Origin: Paludibacteraceae bacterium
Lineage (GTDB): Bacteria; Bacteroidota; Bacteroidia; Bacteroidales; Paludibacteraceae
Direction: 5' to 3'
NCBI GenBank assembly: GCA_045614865.1
Contig: JAZLDS010000002.1
Span: 4,252-68,251, forward strand
Length of the DNA: 64,000 nt
Shown here: piece by piece, positions 14,558-23,888 of the stretch
Numbering within the stretch: the stretch's first letter is position 1
How the letters are laid out: each line of letters starts with the position of its first letter
Notes under the pieces: model-generated
What the model was told of the DNA's origin: nothing
The model's database searches: none
The model's input: only the letters and a program-made list of their open reading frames with translations
Program-made: the position numbers and the translations under genes

Positions 14558-17173
14558 TTATCTTACCTTAGTCAAGTCGCGCAAGTGAGCGTTGAAAGCG
14601 TCCTTCTTCAAGAGCTCCTCGAGGGTGAGGTGCATGCGGTAGTTCCAGAAATGCTCTGGATTAGAAGGCAAGTTGATACGCTCTGCGTGTTGGTCAGCCA
14701 AACGGATCTCACCATCGATAGCAAACCAGTCTTGCAATGGCAAGATCACCCACATAGCAGGGCTATACATGTGCTGATTAACGATGAACTCAGCAATCTC
14801 TGGAGTCATCACTTGTGGAGCTTCACCCCACCAACCCATTTGCTCGTTGTAGAACTTCTGAGTCACAGCGCGGTCCTCTTCCCACCAAGCACGAACAGGG
14901 TTCATATCGTGGGTACCGATGGTACAAACGCTCATATATGGCGCATCAGCAGGATGTGCAAACGCTACGGTTGGGTCCTTAGGCATGCGTTGGATCTCCA
15001 ATGATAGGATCTGCAATTGGCTCATCACATCAGGCACACAAGAAGGCACCATACCCAAGTCCTCGCCGCAGCAGAGCATGTCGGTAGCAGCAATGAGGGT
15101 AGGGAGTTTCTTGAGCGCTGACTCGCGCCAGAAGGATGTATGACGGTGGTAGAAATAGTCGTTGTGGATATCAGCCAAGAGTTGACGTTGGTCAGCATAG
15201 AGCTCTTGGTAGTTGTGCGACTGATAGAGCGCGATGCGTGGATGGAGCATCGATGGGTTCTTTTGGTCGCGCACGAAGAGCACCTCGCAATGCAAGTACA
15301 AGAGACCATTCATCACATTGTCGATATTGCAATGGTTCTCGTGAGCCGCACGGTTCTCAGGGTTGAGGAAGAAGGCCTGTACCTTGCGTTGGGTATCCAA
15401 GTACTCTGGGAAGAAATAGATATATCCGTCGTTGGTGCAGAGGAAATTGTTCTTCACATACTCGGTATCATAACCGAAAGTATCACCCAAGAAGTTAGAG
15501 CAGATATATGGTTTGGTGAGGCGATCCTCATCGAGCTTCACGCCCATGTTCCAGAGGTCGTGCATAGAGTATGGCATAGCAGGAGAGAAGTGACCGCAGA
15601 GGCCCCAAACATCCGTTTTGCGCATTTGCCAGATACGGAAGAAACCGAGGATATGGTCCACGCGGTATGCATCGAAATAGTCCGCCATCTTGGTGAAGCG
15701 GAACTTCCACCATTGGTAGTCGTCCTCAGCCATCACATCCCAGTTGTAAGTAGGGAAGCCCCAGTTCTGACCGCGTGCATCGAAATCATCTGGTGGCGCA
15801 CCCGCAGATGCAGAGAGGTTGAAGAGGTGAGGATCGGTACTTGCGTCCACAGAGTCAGGAGAGATACCAATAGGTATATCGCCCTTAAACGCGATACCTA
15901 CAGAGTGTGCATAGTCCACCGCTTCGCGGAGTTGTTTGTCCGCATGGAACTGGAGATAGCAGTAGTAGTCCTTAGGTTGTTTGTCGCGCTTAGACATGAA
16001 CGCAGCGTATGGGAGCAACCATCCCTCGTTGGCAGCGAGGAAAGCTTTGTACTCCTCAGAAGCAAAGAGCTCAGCTTTATTAGCTTTGTAGAGCGCCTTG
16101 AAGTATTTGATTTTCTCGTCATATACACATTGGTAGTCGGCGATAGTCTTCGCATTGAACTCGGCTTGGGTAGCGCGGTACTTCTTGAGTTGCGCAGGAG
16201 TGAGCTCGCCCATCTTTTCGATATTGAGGTAGATTGGGTGGAGTGCGAAGACGCTCACAGCGTTGTATGGATATGAGTCGTGGTTGTTGTGACGGAGCGT
16301 AGTGTCGTTGATAGGGAGGGTCTGGATCATCTTTTGACCTGTGAGTTTCGCCCAATCAGCGAGGAGCTTGAGGTCTTGGTACTCACCAATACCGAAGCCG
16401 TTCTCTGAACGGAGAGAGAACACAGGTACGGCTACGCCGGCACCCTTCCAGTTGGCTTGTGTGTAGCGGAAAGGAGAGTCGGTGAGCACATAGTGCTTAG
16501 CGCGTTGGATATCCCAGATCTTGCGGTTCTCGCCCCACTCCATATCCACGATCTCGCCTGATTGGAGATCATAGATCACGTACTTGTACTCTACTACAGA
16601 ACCGAGCTTAGCGTGGAAAGTGGCGGTCCATTCTGGGTTGTAGTTAGGCGATGAGGCGATAAGGCTATCAGGCGATTGGCTATTGGTCATAGGGAGTTTC
16701 TTAGCGCGATCCCATTCGCCGAGAGATGCGATATTACCCATGATAGCTACCCCTTGGTTGCGCTCGAGACGAGGCACATTGACTTTCACGGTGATGTTGC
16801 CAGTAGCTTTCTTAGCCGCTACAGGAGCACGGTGCGCGAAGAGCACTTGGCTGAAGACCTTAGATGCGAAGAGCGATTGGTCTTTGTCTTGCCAAAGGTC
16901 GCGGAGCACCACGTTGCCTGGTTGGCACTCAACCACGTGAGCTTTAGCCTCGCGGCGGATGATGTTGCCTTGCTCGTCGAGTACTACGTAGCAGTAAGAA
17001 ACGAACTTATGAATGTCACTCAGGGTGACTTGTGCAGACCACTCAGCAGAACCGTGGCAATCCATAGCGAGTTGCAAAGGTGATGCGGTTTGGAGGTCAG
17101 CATCCATCGCATATAGGACAGCAAGTTGGTTGCCCCATTGCGCTTGGTAGTTGATTGAAAAATGAAGTGTCAT
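14558..17173 (-). CDS. malQ: 4-alpha-glucanotransferase (GH77) with N-terminal starch-binding-like modules
   Basis: 871-aa ORF. GH77 motifs YRVDHILGFFRIW, CGEDLG and GTHD. A hairpin terminator follows. Confidence 0.9.
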   Translation of the reverse strand: MTLHFSINYQAQWGNQLAVLYAMDADLQTASPLQLAMDCHGSAEWSAQVTLSDIHKFVSYCYVVLDEQGNIIRREAKAHVVECQPGNVVLRDLWQDKDQSLFASKVFSQVLFAHRAPVAAKKATGNITVKVNVPRLERNQGVAIMGNIASLGEWDRAKKLPMTNSQSPDSLIASSPNYNPEWTATFHAKLGSVVEYKYVIYDLQSGEIVDMEWGENRKIWDIQRAKHYVLTDSPFRYTQANWKGAGVAVPVFSLRSENGFGIGEYQDLKLLADWAKLTGQKMIQTLPINDTTLRHNNHDSYPYNAVSVFALHPIYLNIEKMGELTPAQLKKYRATQAEFNAKTIADYQCVYDEKIKYFKALYKANKAELFASEEYKAFLAANEGWLLPYAAFMSKRDKQPKDYYCYLQFHADKQLREAVDYAHSVGIAFKGDIPIGISPDSVDASTDPHLFNLSASAGAPPDDFDARGQNWGFPTYNWDVMAEDDYQWWKFRFTKMADYFDAYRVDHILGFFRIWQMRKTDVWGLCGHFSPAMPYSMHDLWNMGVKLDEDRLTKPYICSNFLGDTFGYDTEYVKNNFLCTNDGYIYFFPEYLDTQRKVQAFFLNPENRAAHENHCNIDNVMNGLLYLHCEVLFVRDQKNPSMLHPRIALYQSHNYQELYADQRQLLADIHNDYFYHRHTSFWRESALKKLPTLIAATDMLCCGEDLGMVPSCVPDVMSQLQILSLEIQRMPKDPTVAFAHPADAPYMSVCTIGTHDMNPVRAWWEEDRAVTQKFYNEQMGWWGEAPQVMTPEIAEFIVNQHMYSPAMWVILPLQDWFAIDGEIRLADQHAERINLPSNPEHFWNYRMHLTLEELLKKDAFNAHLRDLTKVR

Positions 17174-17211
17174 ATGCTTTTAATTTGTTTAGATGTTCAG
17201 GGGTTTAGAAG

Positions 17212-18147
17212 TTATTTGGTTTTGCCGTTGCGGTAGAGGATGGATCCTATCAGCATAGGTAGAACCGTATTGATGAGCCAGATGAGCAGGACGGCAAGGG
17301 CGATGCCGGCTGTGTTCTGACTGAAAACGCCAAAAATAATCAGCGACCAACTGCCACGGATGGCGATATTGAGCGCTGGAAGGGATGGGAAGACAGCCAC
17401 GACCATGTAATAAAATGGGATGGCAATCATGTATTGCACCGGAGTCATATCCACATCGCAGAAATGCAATGTAAGCGCGAACTGCAGTGCCCAGATAAGG
17501 TATCGTAGCATCGACCATGCGATGGTCTTCATGAAGAGCGGATAGGACATATGCGACAAGGCCGCTGAGAGCTGGCGCATTTGGGTGTTCTGCCACTCGC
17601 GTCGCGAGAGATAGCGCACGATATGAGGCAGGAAGCTCAGGAGCAGGACCAACACAATGAACGCTACTGCGAAATACTGCATTGGGATATTAGGGTTGTA
17701 GCTAATAAAGAGCCAGGTAGCCGGTATGCCAAAGATGATCTCTACCACAAGTAGGGCGATAGTACCTACGAGCCCTAATCCGATGGCTGCGGAGAAATTG
17801 CTCTTGTCCTTCAGGAGCATCGCCCGAGCGGGATAGTCGCCCGCATGGTATGGTGTGATGAAAGCGCCTACATAGCCGTAATAGACTTGCCGCTGTGCAC
17901 CCCAGATAGTCATAGGCTCGGTCTTGCGAAGAAGCAAACGCCATTTCCCAGCCTCTGCAGCCACATTGAGCGGCATGAGCAGAAGAATAGCGACCAACGT
18001 GAAGCAAAGCCCCATATCTGCTGTCTGGAAAGCTGTAAGGAAAGATGCATAATCGTCAAAAATAGTAAGACGATAAACCAAATAACCGTACGCCGCAAGA
18101 ATAAGCAGCGTATTGAAAATACGAAGGTATGGTTTGTTGGCTTTCAT
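17212..18147 (-). CDS. LPG-synthase-TM/UPF0104 family (flippase-like) membrane protein
   Basis: Polytopic membrane ORF. The ORF-track TTG start 18159 falls inside the -7 box (18157-18164), so ATG 18147 (MKANKPY) is preferred. Confidence 0.65.
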   Translation of the reverse strand: MKANKPYLRIFNTLLILAAYGYLVYRLTIFDDYASFLTAFQTADMGLCFTLVAILLLMPLNVAAEAGKWRLLLRKTEPMTIWGAQRQVYYGYVGAFITPYHAGDYPARAMLLKDKSNFSAAIGLGLVGTIALLVVEIIFGIPATWLFISYNPNIPMQYFAVAFIVLVLLLSFLPHIVRYLSRREWQNTQMRQLSAALSHMSYPLFMKTIAWSMLRYLIWALQFALTLHFCDVDMTPVQYMIAIPFYYMVVAVFPSLPALNIAIRGSWSLIIFGVFSQNTAGIALAVLLIWLINTVLPMLIGSILYRNGKTK

Positions 18148-18156
18148 TTTCGGCTG

Positions 18157-18164
18157 CAAAGATA
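18157..18164 (-). promoter_or_regulatory. -7 box TATCTTTG (UPF0104 gene)
   Basis: TAnnTTTG match 10 nt upstream of ATG 18147. Confidence 0.5.
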
Positions 18165-18194
18165 GTGAAAATTATGCAGAAAAAAAAATTTTAT

Positions 18195-18264
18195 CTCAAA
18201 AATACATTTTTTTTTGAAAAAATTTGCGTATTTGCATTTTTTGTAGTACCTTTGCAGCCGATTT
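18195..18264 (+). promoter_or_regulatory. conserved tRNA promoter module (TACCTTTG at 18247-18254)
   Basis: About 70 bp nearly identical to 42600-42669: CTCAAAAA..GAAAAAATTTGCGTATTTGCAwTTTTTGTmGTACCTTTGCAGCCGATTT. Confidence 0.75.
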
Positions 18265-18276
18265 CGCAAGAATCAT

Positions 18277-18350
18277 GGCGGGATAGCTCAGCTGGTTAGA
18301 GCGCATGATTCATAATCATGAGGTCCCCAGTTCAATCCTGGGTCCCGCTA
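18277..18350 (+). tRNA. tRNA with CAT anticodon (elongator Met, or Ile2 if lysidine-modified)
   Basis: Cloverleaf read by hand: acceptor GGCGGGA/TCCCGCT, D-arm GCTC-AGCTGGTTA-GAGC, anticodon arm CATGA-TTCATAA-TCATG, T-arm CCCAG-TTCAATC-CTGGG. Confidence 0.9.
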
Positions 18351-18355
18351 CAAAA
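18305..18355 (+). repeat. attL core (3' part of the functional tRNA)
   Basis: ATGATTCATAATCATGAGGTCCCCAGTTCAATCCTGGGTCCCGCTACAAAA, identical to 28353-28403. Confidence 0.95.
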
Positions 18356-18360
18356 AAAGA

Positions 18361-18400
18361 ATCAGACACTTAGGTAAAATCCTGAATGTCTGATTTTTTT
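18361..18400 (+). terminator. terminator following tRNA(CAT), supplied by the inserted element
   Basis: Stem ATCAGACA/TGTCTGAT followed by T7. Confidence 0.7.
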
Positions 18401-18403
18401 GTT

Positions 18404-18430
18404 AAACCTACAACAAAACCTACAACATTT
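18404..18430 (+). repeat. internal sub-terminal repeat (candidate integrase arm site), left copy
   Basis: AAACCTACAACAAAACCTACAACATTT, itself a tandem of AAACCYACAAC. It matches 28227-28253 with one mismatch. Confidence 0.85.
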
Positions 18431-19019
18431 ATTTCTTATTTCCCATTAACCACTTCTCTAATTCGGTTACATTGATTCTTAATGCACATCCTTTTCCCTC
18501 CTGTTTGCAAGGGTAAAAGTTGTGTTTTTTACGCCATTGTGCATCCTTGACAGATTTTACACCTTTGAAGGAGTATTGTTTGATTAATTCGTCATAGGTT
18601 ATCCATTCGGCATTATGGTTACTTTGAGTATCTGACATAACAATGACTTCTGGTGCACTTGGAAGCTCAGGGAATAATTCCTCTATCATCTTCATTATTT
18701 TGTCGTAATAGTAAAGTTTGATTCCCTTTATATTGTACAAAGTATAATACCATGCAGCATCCTTCTTTAGGTCTGTATTAGTATCTATATCGTGTGTTAT
18801 CATTTCTATATCGATATTATCAATAGAAAGATAAGCATCCATTCTTGGGATTAAATCTTCGACCTGAATTTTGGTTGCTTGGTTTAATTCAGAAAAATCC
18901 GCTGCGGCAAACAATTCAGACAAATGACTGGTGTATTCTTCTGAAGTCTTAAATCCGTTAAATGTGTAATTGGTATGATTAACCTCTAAGCGAAGCAACT
19001 CTTTAATAAATGCTTTCAT
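18429..19019 (-). CDS. hypothetical protein with C-terminal excisionase-like HTH (possible Xis)
   Basis: 196-aa ORF. The C-terminal roughly 50 aa (EWITYDELIKQY..CALRINVTELEKWL) resembles the excisionase/MerR-type HTH of Bacteroidales elements. It lies next to attL, 4 nt after the XRE gene. Confidence 0.45.
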   Translation of the reverse strand: MKAFIKELLRLEVNHTNYTFNGFKTSEEYTSHLSELFAAADFSELNQATKIQVEDLIPRMDAYLSIDNIDIEMITHDIDTNTDLKKDAAWYYTLYNIKGIKLYYYDKIMKMIEELFPELPSAPEVIVMSDTQSNHNAEWITYDELIKQYSFKGVKSVKDAQWRKKHNFYPCKQEGKGCALRINVTELEKWLMGNKK

Positions 19020-19023
19020 GGTA

Positions 19024-19377
19024 TTATTTCTCTAATATTACTCTACTATCGTCAAACATTCTTTGTAGCAAATTCTGCAAATCCACTTGAGAGTTTATTT
19101 CAAAAGGTTCTCCTTTATAAACAAGAATACCGTACAAATCTTTTTGGTTATCTTGCTCAGGTTTCTTGAATAGTTCAGGAACTGACACATCGAGTGCCTC
19201 TGCCACCGCTGCCAATGTTGAATATTGAGGATTTCCACCCGATAGAACTCTTGATAATGCTTCACGTGCCATTCCAATTCGCTCTGCAAGTTCTGCTATC
19301 GTCATTCCTTTTGCCTTTAACAATTGTTTTACGCACAAATCGTCATGCGTAAGATTTTTCTTATAATATTCCTTCAT
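19024..19377 (-). CDS. XRE-family HTH transcriptional regulator
   Basis: HTH segment MTIAELAERIGMAREALSRVLSG. The ORF-track GTG 19401 abuts the -7 box (19404-19411), upstream of the expected transcription start, so ATG 19377 is preferred. Confidence 0.75.
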   Translation of the reverse strand: MKEYYKKNLTHDDLCVKQLLKAKGMTIAELAERIGMAREALSRVLSGGNPQYSTLAAVAEALDVSVPELFKKPEQDNQKDLYGILVYKGEPFEINSQVDLQNLLQRMFDDSRVILEK

Positions 19378-19403
19378 ATTGTATGTGATGTTAAAAATCA
19401 CGG

Positions 19404-19411
19404 CAAAATTA
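19404..19411 (-). promoter_or_regulatory. -7 box TAATTTTG (XRE / Xis-like operon)
   Basis: TAnnTTTG match about 27 nt upstream of ATG 19377. Confidence 0.6.
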
Positions 19412-19505
19412 CTACTTTTTTTTCAAATATACAACAAAAATCACAAAAAGTGATTTATTTTTGCATTTTTTCGTAAAAATATTTGCACATGTCAGAAAAA
19501 ATGTG

Positions 19506-19513
19506 TACCTTTG
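19506..19513 (+). promoter_or_regulatory. -7 box TACCTTTG (WYL_2-like gene)
   Basis: TAnnTTTG match about 49 nt upstream of ATG 19562. It is divergent from the XRE promoter. Confidence 0.6.
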
Positions 19514-19561
19514 CATCACATTTAAAAAGAATATGTAACTTATAAATCACAAACAGCAATT

Positions 19562-19924
19562 ATGACAACAATCACTACTATCAACAATTACAATGGTATT
19601 AACTCGATGGTTATTAATAATACAACTGCCCGTCATGCAGCAGTTATCGCGCGCCGTACAGGGTCTATGGAGATGGGCATGATGAAATCATTAATGATAG
19701 ATAACCTTAAAATTAAACTTCAAACAGGAGTAGCACATTTTTGGTATAAGAAGGTGGATGGTTCGGTTCGTGAAGCATGGGGAACTACTTCTCATCAACT
19801 TATGCAGGATAAGATTATTGGAACTGGGTACACCGGGGAACAAGTGAATGTAGTTAAATATTGGGATGTTTTGAAGGGAGGTTTTCGTTCGTTGCGCTAC
19901 GAAAATTTGATAGCGATTGAATAA
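19562..19924 (+). CDS. WYL_2/DUF2693-like SH3 beta-barrel protein
   Basis: FWYKKVDGSVREAWGTT and VVKYWDVLKGGFRSLRYENL resemble the DUF2693 family found on Bacteroidales mobile elements and phages. TACCTTTG box lies upstream. Confidence 0.5.
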   Translation: MTTITTINNYNGINSMVINNTTARHAAVIARRTGSMEMGMMKSLMIDNLKIKLQTGVAHFWYKKVDGSVREAWGTTSHQLMQDKIIGTGYTGEQVNVVKYWDVLKGGFRSLRYENLIAIE

Positions 19925-19966
19925 TGTCTAATAATGGGTGGCGATAACATCAAAACCCATTCACAT

Positions 19967-19990
19967 GCGCGCACGTATGCGCGTTCTTTT
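19967..19990 (+). terminator. terminator of the WYL_2-like gene
   Basis: Stem CGCGCA/TGCGCG with loop CGTA, then TTCTTTT. It is preceded by a second hairpin AATGGGT/ACCCATT at 19933-19961. Confidence 0.6.
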
Positions 19991-20088
19991 ATTAGATAGT
20001 AGCACCAAAGTGTACCAGTGGTCAAATGTACCACGAAAAATCAGATAAAATATAATTGATACATACCACATTTAATCTTTGATATAAA

Positions 20089-20757
20089 ATGACACAATCT
20101 GCAATAATATATGCCCGAACCTCATCCTCTGGCTCTATGGTTAATCGCCAAAATACCGACCGACAAACATATTCTTTGACGAAACTTATTGAAGCAAACG
20201 GAGACCACCTACTTCGTTCTTTTGAAGAACACATTTCAGGCGCAACAAAAAATCATGAACGCACAATTCTCAACGAGTGTATAGAATTTGCTATTCAGAA
20301 CAAAGTTGATATAATATACTTTAGTTCGCTGGATCGATTAGGTCGTGCAATATGGGAGGTTCAAGAAAATATCAAGCGTTTGTTGGATAATAAAATCAAC
20401 GCTTATTTTCAAAAAGAACAAATGTCTTTGTTTATCGAAGGTAAAGAAAATCCCTTCTTAGCAATATTTATTGCGGTTATTGCTACGTGTTCACAGATAG
20501 AGCGAGAAAGCATCCAATTCCGCTTAAATGATGCAAGACAAAAGAAGAAGGAATTAGCTATTGCTGCGGGAAAGACATTAGCAGAAGCAGGATTTGGTCG
20601 TCCGAGGGGTTCTTTCAAAAGCAAAGAACAGGCGCAAGAAGAATATAAAGAAGCATTATCTTTGCTGCGGAAGGGATATTCAGTTAGGAATGTAGCGAAA
20701 ATTCTAAATAAAAGTAAGACCACAATTCAGAAGATAAAGAACATGTTCGACTTGTAA
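20089..20757 (+). CDS. serine recombinase (resolvase/invertase family)
   Basis: N-terminal catalytic region IIYARTSSSGSMVNRQNTDRQ and SSLDRLGR. C-terminal HTH VRNVAKILNKSKTTIQKI. Confidence 0.8.
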   Translation: MTQSAIIYARTSSSGSMVNRQNTDRQTYSLTKLIEANGDHLLRSFEEHISGATKNHERTILNECIEFAIQNKVDIIYFSSLDRLGRAIWEVQENIKRLLDNKINAYFQKEQMSLFIEGKENPFLAIFIAVIATCSQIERESIQFRLNDARQKKKELAIAAGKTLAEAGFGRPRGSFKSKEQAQEEYKEALSLLRKGYSVRNVAKILNKSKTTIQKIKNMFDL

Positions 20758-20776
20758 ATGAAGGGCGGATATATGT

Positions 20777-20822
20777 AAAATGATTGATATAAATACAATA
20801 ATGTAGATGTATCAATCATTTT
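20777..20822 (+). terminator. 13-bp-stem hairpin after the serine recombinase gene (terminator or recombinase site)
   Basis: AAAATGATTGATA (20777-89) pairs with TATCAATCATTTT (20810-22); 20-nt loop. Confidence 0.5.
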
Positions 20823-20879
20823 ATTTATGTATTCCTATTGAAATCTTAAAAAAGATTTGTTAGTATCAGCATTTTTTTG

Positions 20880-20887
20880 TAACTTTG
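20880..20887 (+). promoter_or_regulatory. -7 box TAACTTTG (Type IIG RM operon)
   Basis: TAnnTTTG match 19 nt upstream of ATG 20906. Confidence 0.65.
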
Positions 20888-20905
20888 CCACCAAATTTTA
20901 GTACT

Positions 20906-23881
20906 ATGGCACTCTTTCAAAAAAATGTATTAAAGAAGCACTTGTCACTACTGGACAAAAGTGTGGTAACAGAAGCATACAAACGTTACCAATCATATTT
21001 TCTAAATACAGAAATACAAAGTAACATACGCAGTAGTAAGGAGGAGCAATTCCAAGAGGGATTTCTTCGTGAGTTATTTGTCAGGGTGCTTGGCTATACT
21101 TTAAATCCAAGTCCTAATTACAATTTAATTACAGAGCAGAAGAATGAAACTAATGCAAAGAAGGCAGATGGAGCAATCCTTGTAAATGGAAATGTAGTAG
21201 GTGTCATAGAATTAAAGGATGGCAAGACAACTGACTTGTCAAAGGTTGAGCAACAAGCATTTGGCTATAAAAGTCAGAACAAGAATGCAACATATGTTAT
21301 TATATCCAATTTTGAAAAACTTCGTTTTTATATAGATAACGCAGTTGAATATTATGAGTTCGACTTATTTCATTTGACGGAGAATGAGTTTGCAATTTTA
21401 TACTTATTATTGGCATATCCTCAGATAGAGAGAAATATTCCTAAACATATCAAAGAAGAATCTTTGTCACGAGAAGATGCTGTAACCAAAGCACTTTACA
21501 AGGACTATTCGGAATTTAAGAGAGAGTTATTTGCGAATATTCTTGAGCAGAATAAGGTAGATACGATAGATGAAAAGGTTGTTTTATTTAAAAAGACCCA
21601 AAAACTTCTGGATCGATTACTCTTTATTTTCTTTGCCGAGGATTCACTACTCCTTACACCAAATACCATGATTCGCATTATTAGCGATTGGGAGAAACTA
21701 AAAGAACTTGATGAGTATAAACCTTTGTATGAAAGAATAAAAAAGTATTTTGATTGGCTGAATCATGGTTACAAAGGTAAAGATTTTGAGGTGTTTGCAT
21801 ATAATGGTGGTCTTTTCAAAAACGATGACGTGTTGGATAGTCTGACTATTAGCGATGATGTGCTGCTAAAACACACACGTAAATTGAGTGAGTATGATTA
21901 TGCGAGTGAAGTGGATGTAAACATATTAGGGCATATCTTTGAAAACTCTTTGACCGAAATAGAAGATATAACCAATCAACTAAAAGAAGGTGGCTCTCCA
22001 TCTATTAGTAAACGTAAAAAGGATGGTGTTTTCTATACTCCTCAATATATTACAAAATACATAGTTGAGAATACCATTGGGAAATTATGTTATGATAAAA
22101 AGGCAGAGTTTGGGATTGTCGAATCTGAGTACTTCAGCGATAAAAAGAGACAAATAGCAACTAAAAAATCACTTTTGGATAAGTTAGAGAATTATCGAGA
22201 TTGGTTAAAAAACATAACTATATGTGACCCCGCTTGTGGTAGCGGTGCTTTCCTTAGTGCAGCACTACAATTTCTAAAGAAGGAGCATCATCTCATTAAC
22301 GAAATGCAAGCCAAGGTAACAGGAGGAGGAATTGCGTTTGCTTATTTTGATAACGATATTTTAGAGAACAATCTATATGGTGTGGATATAAACGAAGAAA
22401 GCGTAGAGATTGCTAAATTGGCTCTATGGTTGCGAACAGCCCAACCAAATCGTAAGCTTAGTTCGTTAAATAACAATATAAAGTGTGGTAATTCACTTGT
22501 TTCTGATCCTACTATTGCAGGCGATAAAGCATTTGATTGGGAAACAGAATTTCCTGAAGTATTTGAACATGGAGGATTTGATGTGATAATTGGCAATCCG
22601 CCATATGTTGTATTGCCTCCAACTCAATTACAGAGTTATCGTTACACAAAGGGAAATAATAACACATATGTTGCATTTGTTGAGCAAATACTTAGAATAA
22701 CAAATGATAAAAAAAATATTGGTTTAATTATTCCTACCACATGGTATGCTGGTGACAATTATTTAGATTTTAGAAATTATTTACTTTCAGAGAAATTGAT
22801 TCGACAAATAATACAATTACCATATAATATATTTGAAGCATATATAGATACAACTATTGTAATACTGAATGGAGAGAGTCAGCAGAAAGAAGTATCTGTT
22901 TATAAATATGATATTCATAATAATACTCACGAAATTAATGTGGATGCTTTTGAATATATTGATTCTTCTATTTGGTTGAAATATGGAAAAGTATTTTTAA
23001 ACAAGCAATTAATAAGCATATTTGATAAAGTGTGGAATAATGCTATTAATGTAAAACTTGGTACTATTGCTTCTGTTAATAGAGGTTGTTTACCACCTAA
23101 AGAGCATGAGTTGTCAAAAATAAAAGATTCATATTATAATATTCCATGGTTCTCATCTCAGGTTTTTAGATATACTATTGATACGCAAAGCAGGGATTAT
23201 GTGTCTTATGAAAATTTAAGAGAAAATAAAGCAATAGAATTGTATAATTCTGTCCCAAAGATTATGGCGCGACAATTATTAAGTCGTCAGTTTCGTATTA
23301 ATATGACTTTAATAACAGAGCCAACAGCATTTAAGAAAAATCTCTATGCAATCTATAATGTTGATCCCAAAATAGATATTCGCTATTTACTTGCATATTT
23401 AAATAGTAAATTATTTAGTTATTGCGAAGTAAACTTTAATTCGTCCTTGCAAAGAGATGATTTTCCTGCATTTAGTCTAACAGATTTTAAAGAATTTCCA
23501 ATTCCAATTGTGTCTCCATCTGAGCAATATCATTTCGTCAATCTTGTCAACTCAATGCTTGCGTTAAATAAAAATTTACAGGCTAAACGCAATCGTTTTT
23601 ATCATCGTTTAAAAGATAATTTTTTGAATGTAAAGATTACTGGTGCACTTGAAACATTTGACTTGTTGGATTTTAAACAATTTCTTCTCGAACTGAATAA
23701 ACAGAAAATAAAACTATCGTTGGTTCAACAGGATGAGTGGGAGGAGTATTTTGGTCAGTATAAATTGGAGTGCAATACCATTTCAGAGCAAATTTCTGAC
23801 ACCGATAAACAAATCGATCGATTAGTATATCAACTCTACAACTTAACAGAAGATGAGATAGCAATGGTAGAACAAAGTTGA
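20906..23881 (+). CDS. Type IIG restriction-modification enzyme (MmeI/Eco57I-like fused endonuclease-N6-adenine methyltransferase-specificity protein)
   Basis: PD-(D/E)xK ADGAILVNGNVVGVIELK near the N-terminus. SAM motif DPACGSGAFL, catalytic IGNPPYV, and a long C-terminal TaqI_C-like specificity region. The ORF-track TTG 20885 lies in the -7 box (20880-20887), so ATG 20906 is preferred. Confidence 0.85.
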   Translation: MALFQKNVLKKHLSLLDKSVVTEAYKRYQSYFLNTEIQSNIRSSKEEQFQEGFLRELFVRVLGYTLNPSPNYNLITEQKNETNAKKADGAILVNGNVVGVIELKDGKTTDLSKVEQQAFGYKSQNKNATYVIISNFEKLRFYIDNAVEYYEFDLFHLTENEFAILYLLLAYPQIERNIPKHIKEESLSREDAVTKALYKDYSEFKRELFANILEQNKVDTIDEKVVLFKKTQKLLDRLLFIFFAEDSLLLTPNTMIRIISDWEKLKELDEYKPLYERIKKYFDWLNHGYKGKDFEVFAYNGGLFKNDDVLDSLTISDDVLLKHTRKLSEYDYASEVDVNILGHIFENSLTEIEDITNQLKEGGSPSISKRKKDGVFYTPQYITKYIVENTIGKLCYDKKAEFGIVESEYFSDKKRQIATKKSLLDKLENYRDWLKNITICDPACGSGAFLSAALQFLKKEHHLINEMQAKVTGGGIAFAYFDNDILENNLYGVDINEESVEIAKLALWLRTAQPNRKLSSLNNNIKCGNSLVSDPTIAGDKAFDWETEFPEVFEHGGFDVIIGNPPYVVLPPTQLQSYRYTKGNNNTYVAFVEQILRITNDKKNIGLIIPTTWYAGDNYLDFRNYLLSEKLIRQIIQLPYNIFEAYIDTTIVILNGESQQKEVSVYKYDIHNNTHEINVDAFEYIDSSIWLKYGKVFLNKQLISIFDKVWNNAINVKLGTIASVNRGCLPPKEHELSKIKDSYYNIPWFSSQVFRYTIDTQSRDYVSYENLRENKAIELYNSVPKIMARQLLSRQFRINMTLITEPTAFKKNLYAIYNVDPKIDIRYLLAYLNSKLFSYCEVNFNSSLQRDDFPAFSLTDFKEFPIPIVSPSEQYHFVNLVNSMLALNKNLQAKRNRFYHRLKDNFLNVKITGALETFDLLDFKQFLLELNKQKIKLSLVQQDEWEEYFGQYKLECNTISEQISDTDKQIDRLVYQLYNLTEDEIAMVEQS

Positions 23882-23888
23882 TAGGGAT

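Noticed and set aside
15140-16276. 378-aa plus-strand ORF, plus several 60-160-aa ORFs, inside malQ
   Set aside because: They are antisense shadow ORFs within a well-supported GH77 gene. Their composition is Val/Glu/Arg-rich and low in complexity, with no motif and no promoter box.
22709-22716. A8 homopolymer inside the Type IIG RM gene as a phase-variation switch
   Set aside because: Eight residues is short for efficient slipped-strand switching, and the tract encodes a plausible KKN. There is no evidence for length variation from a single sequence.
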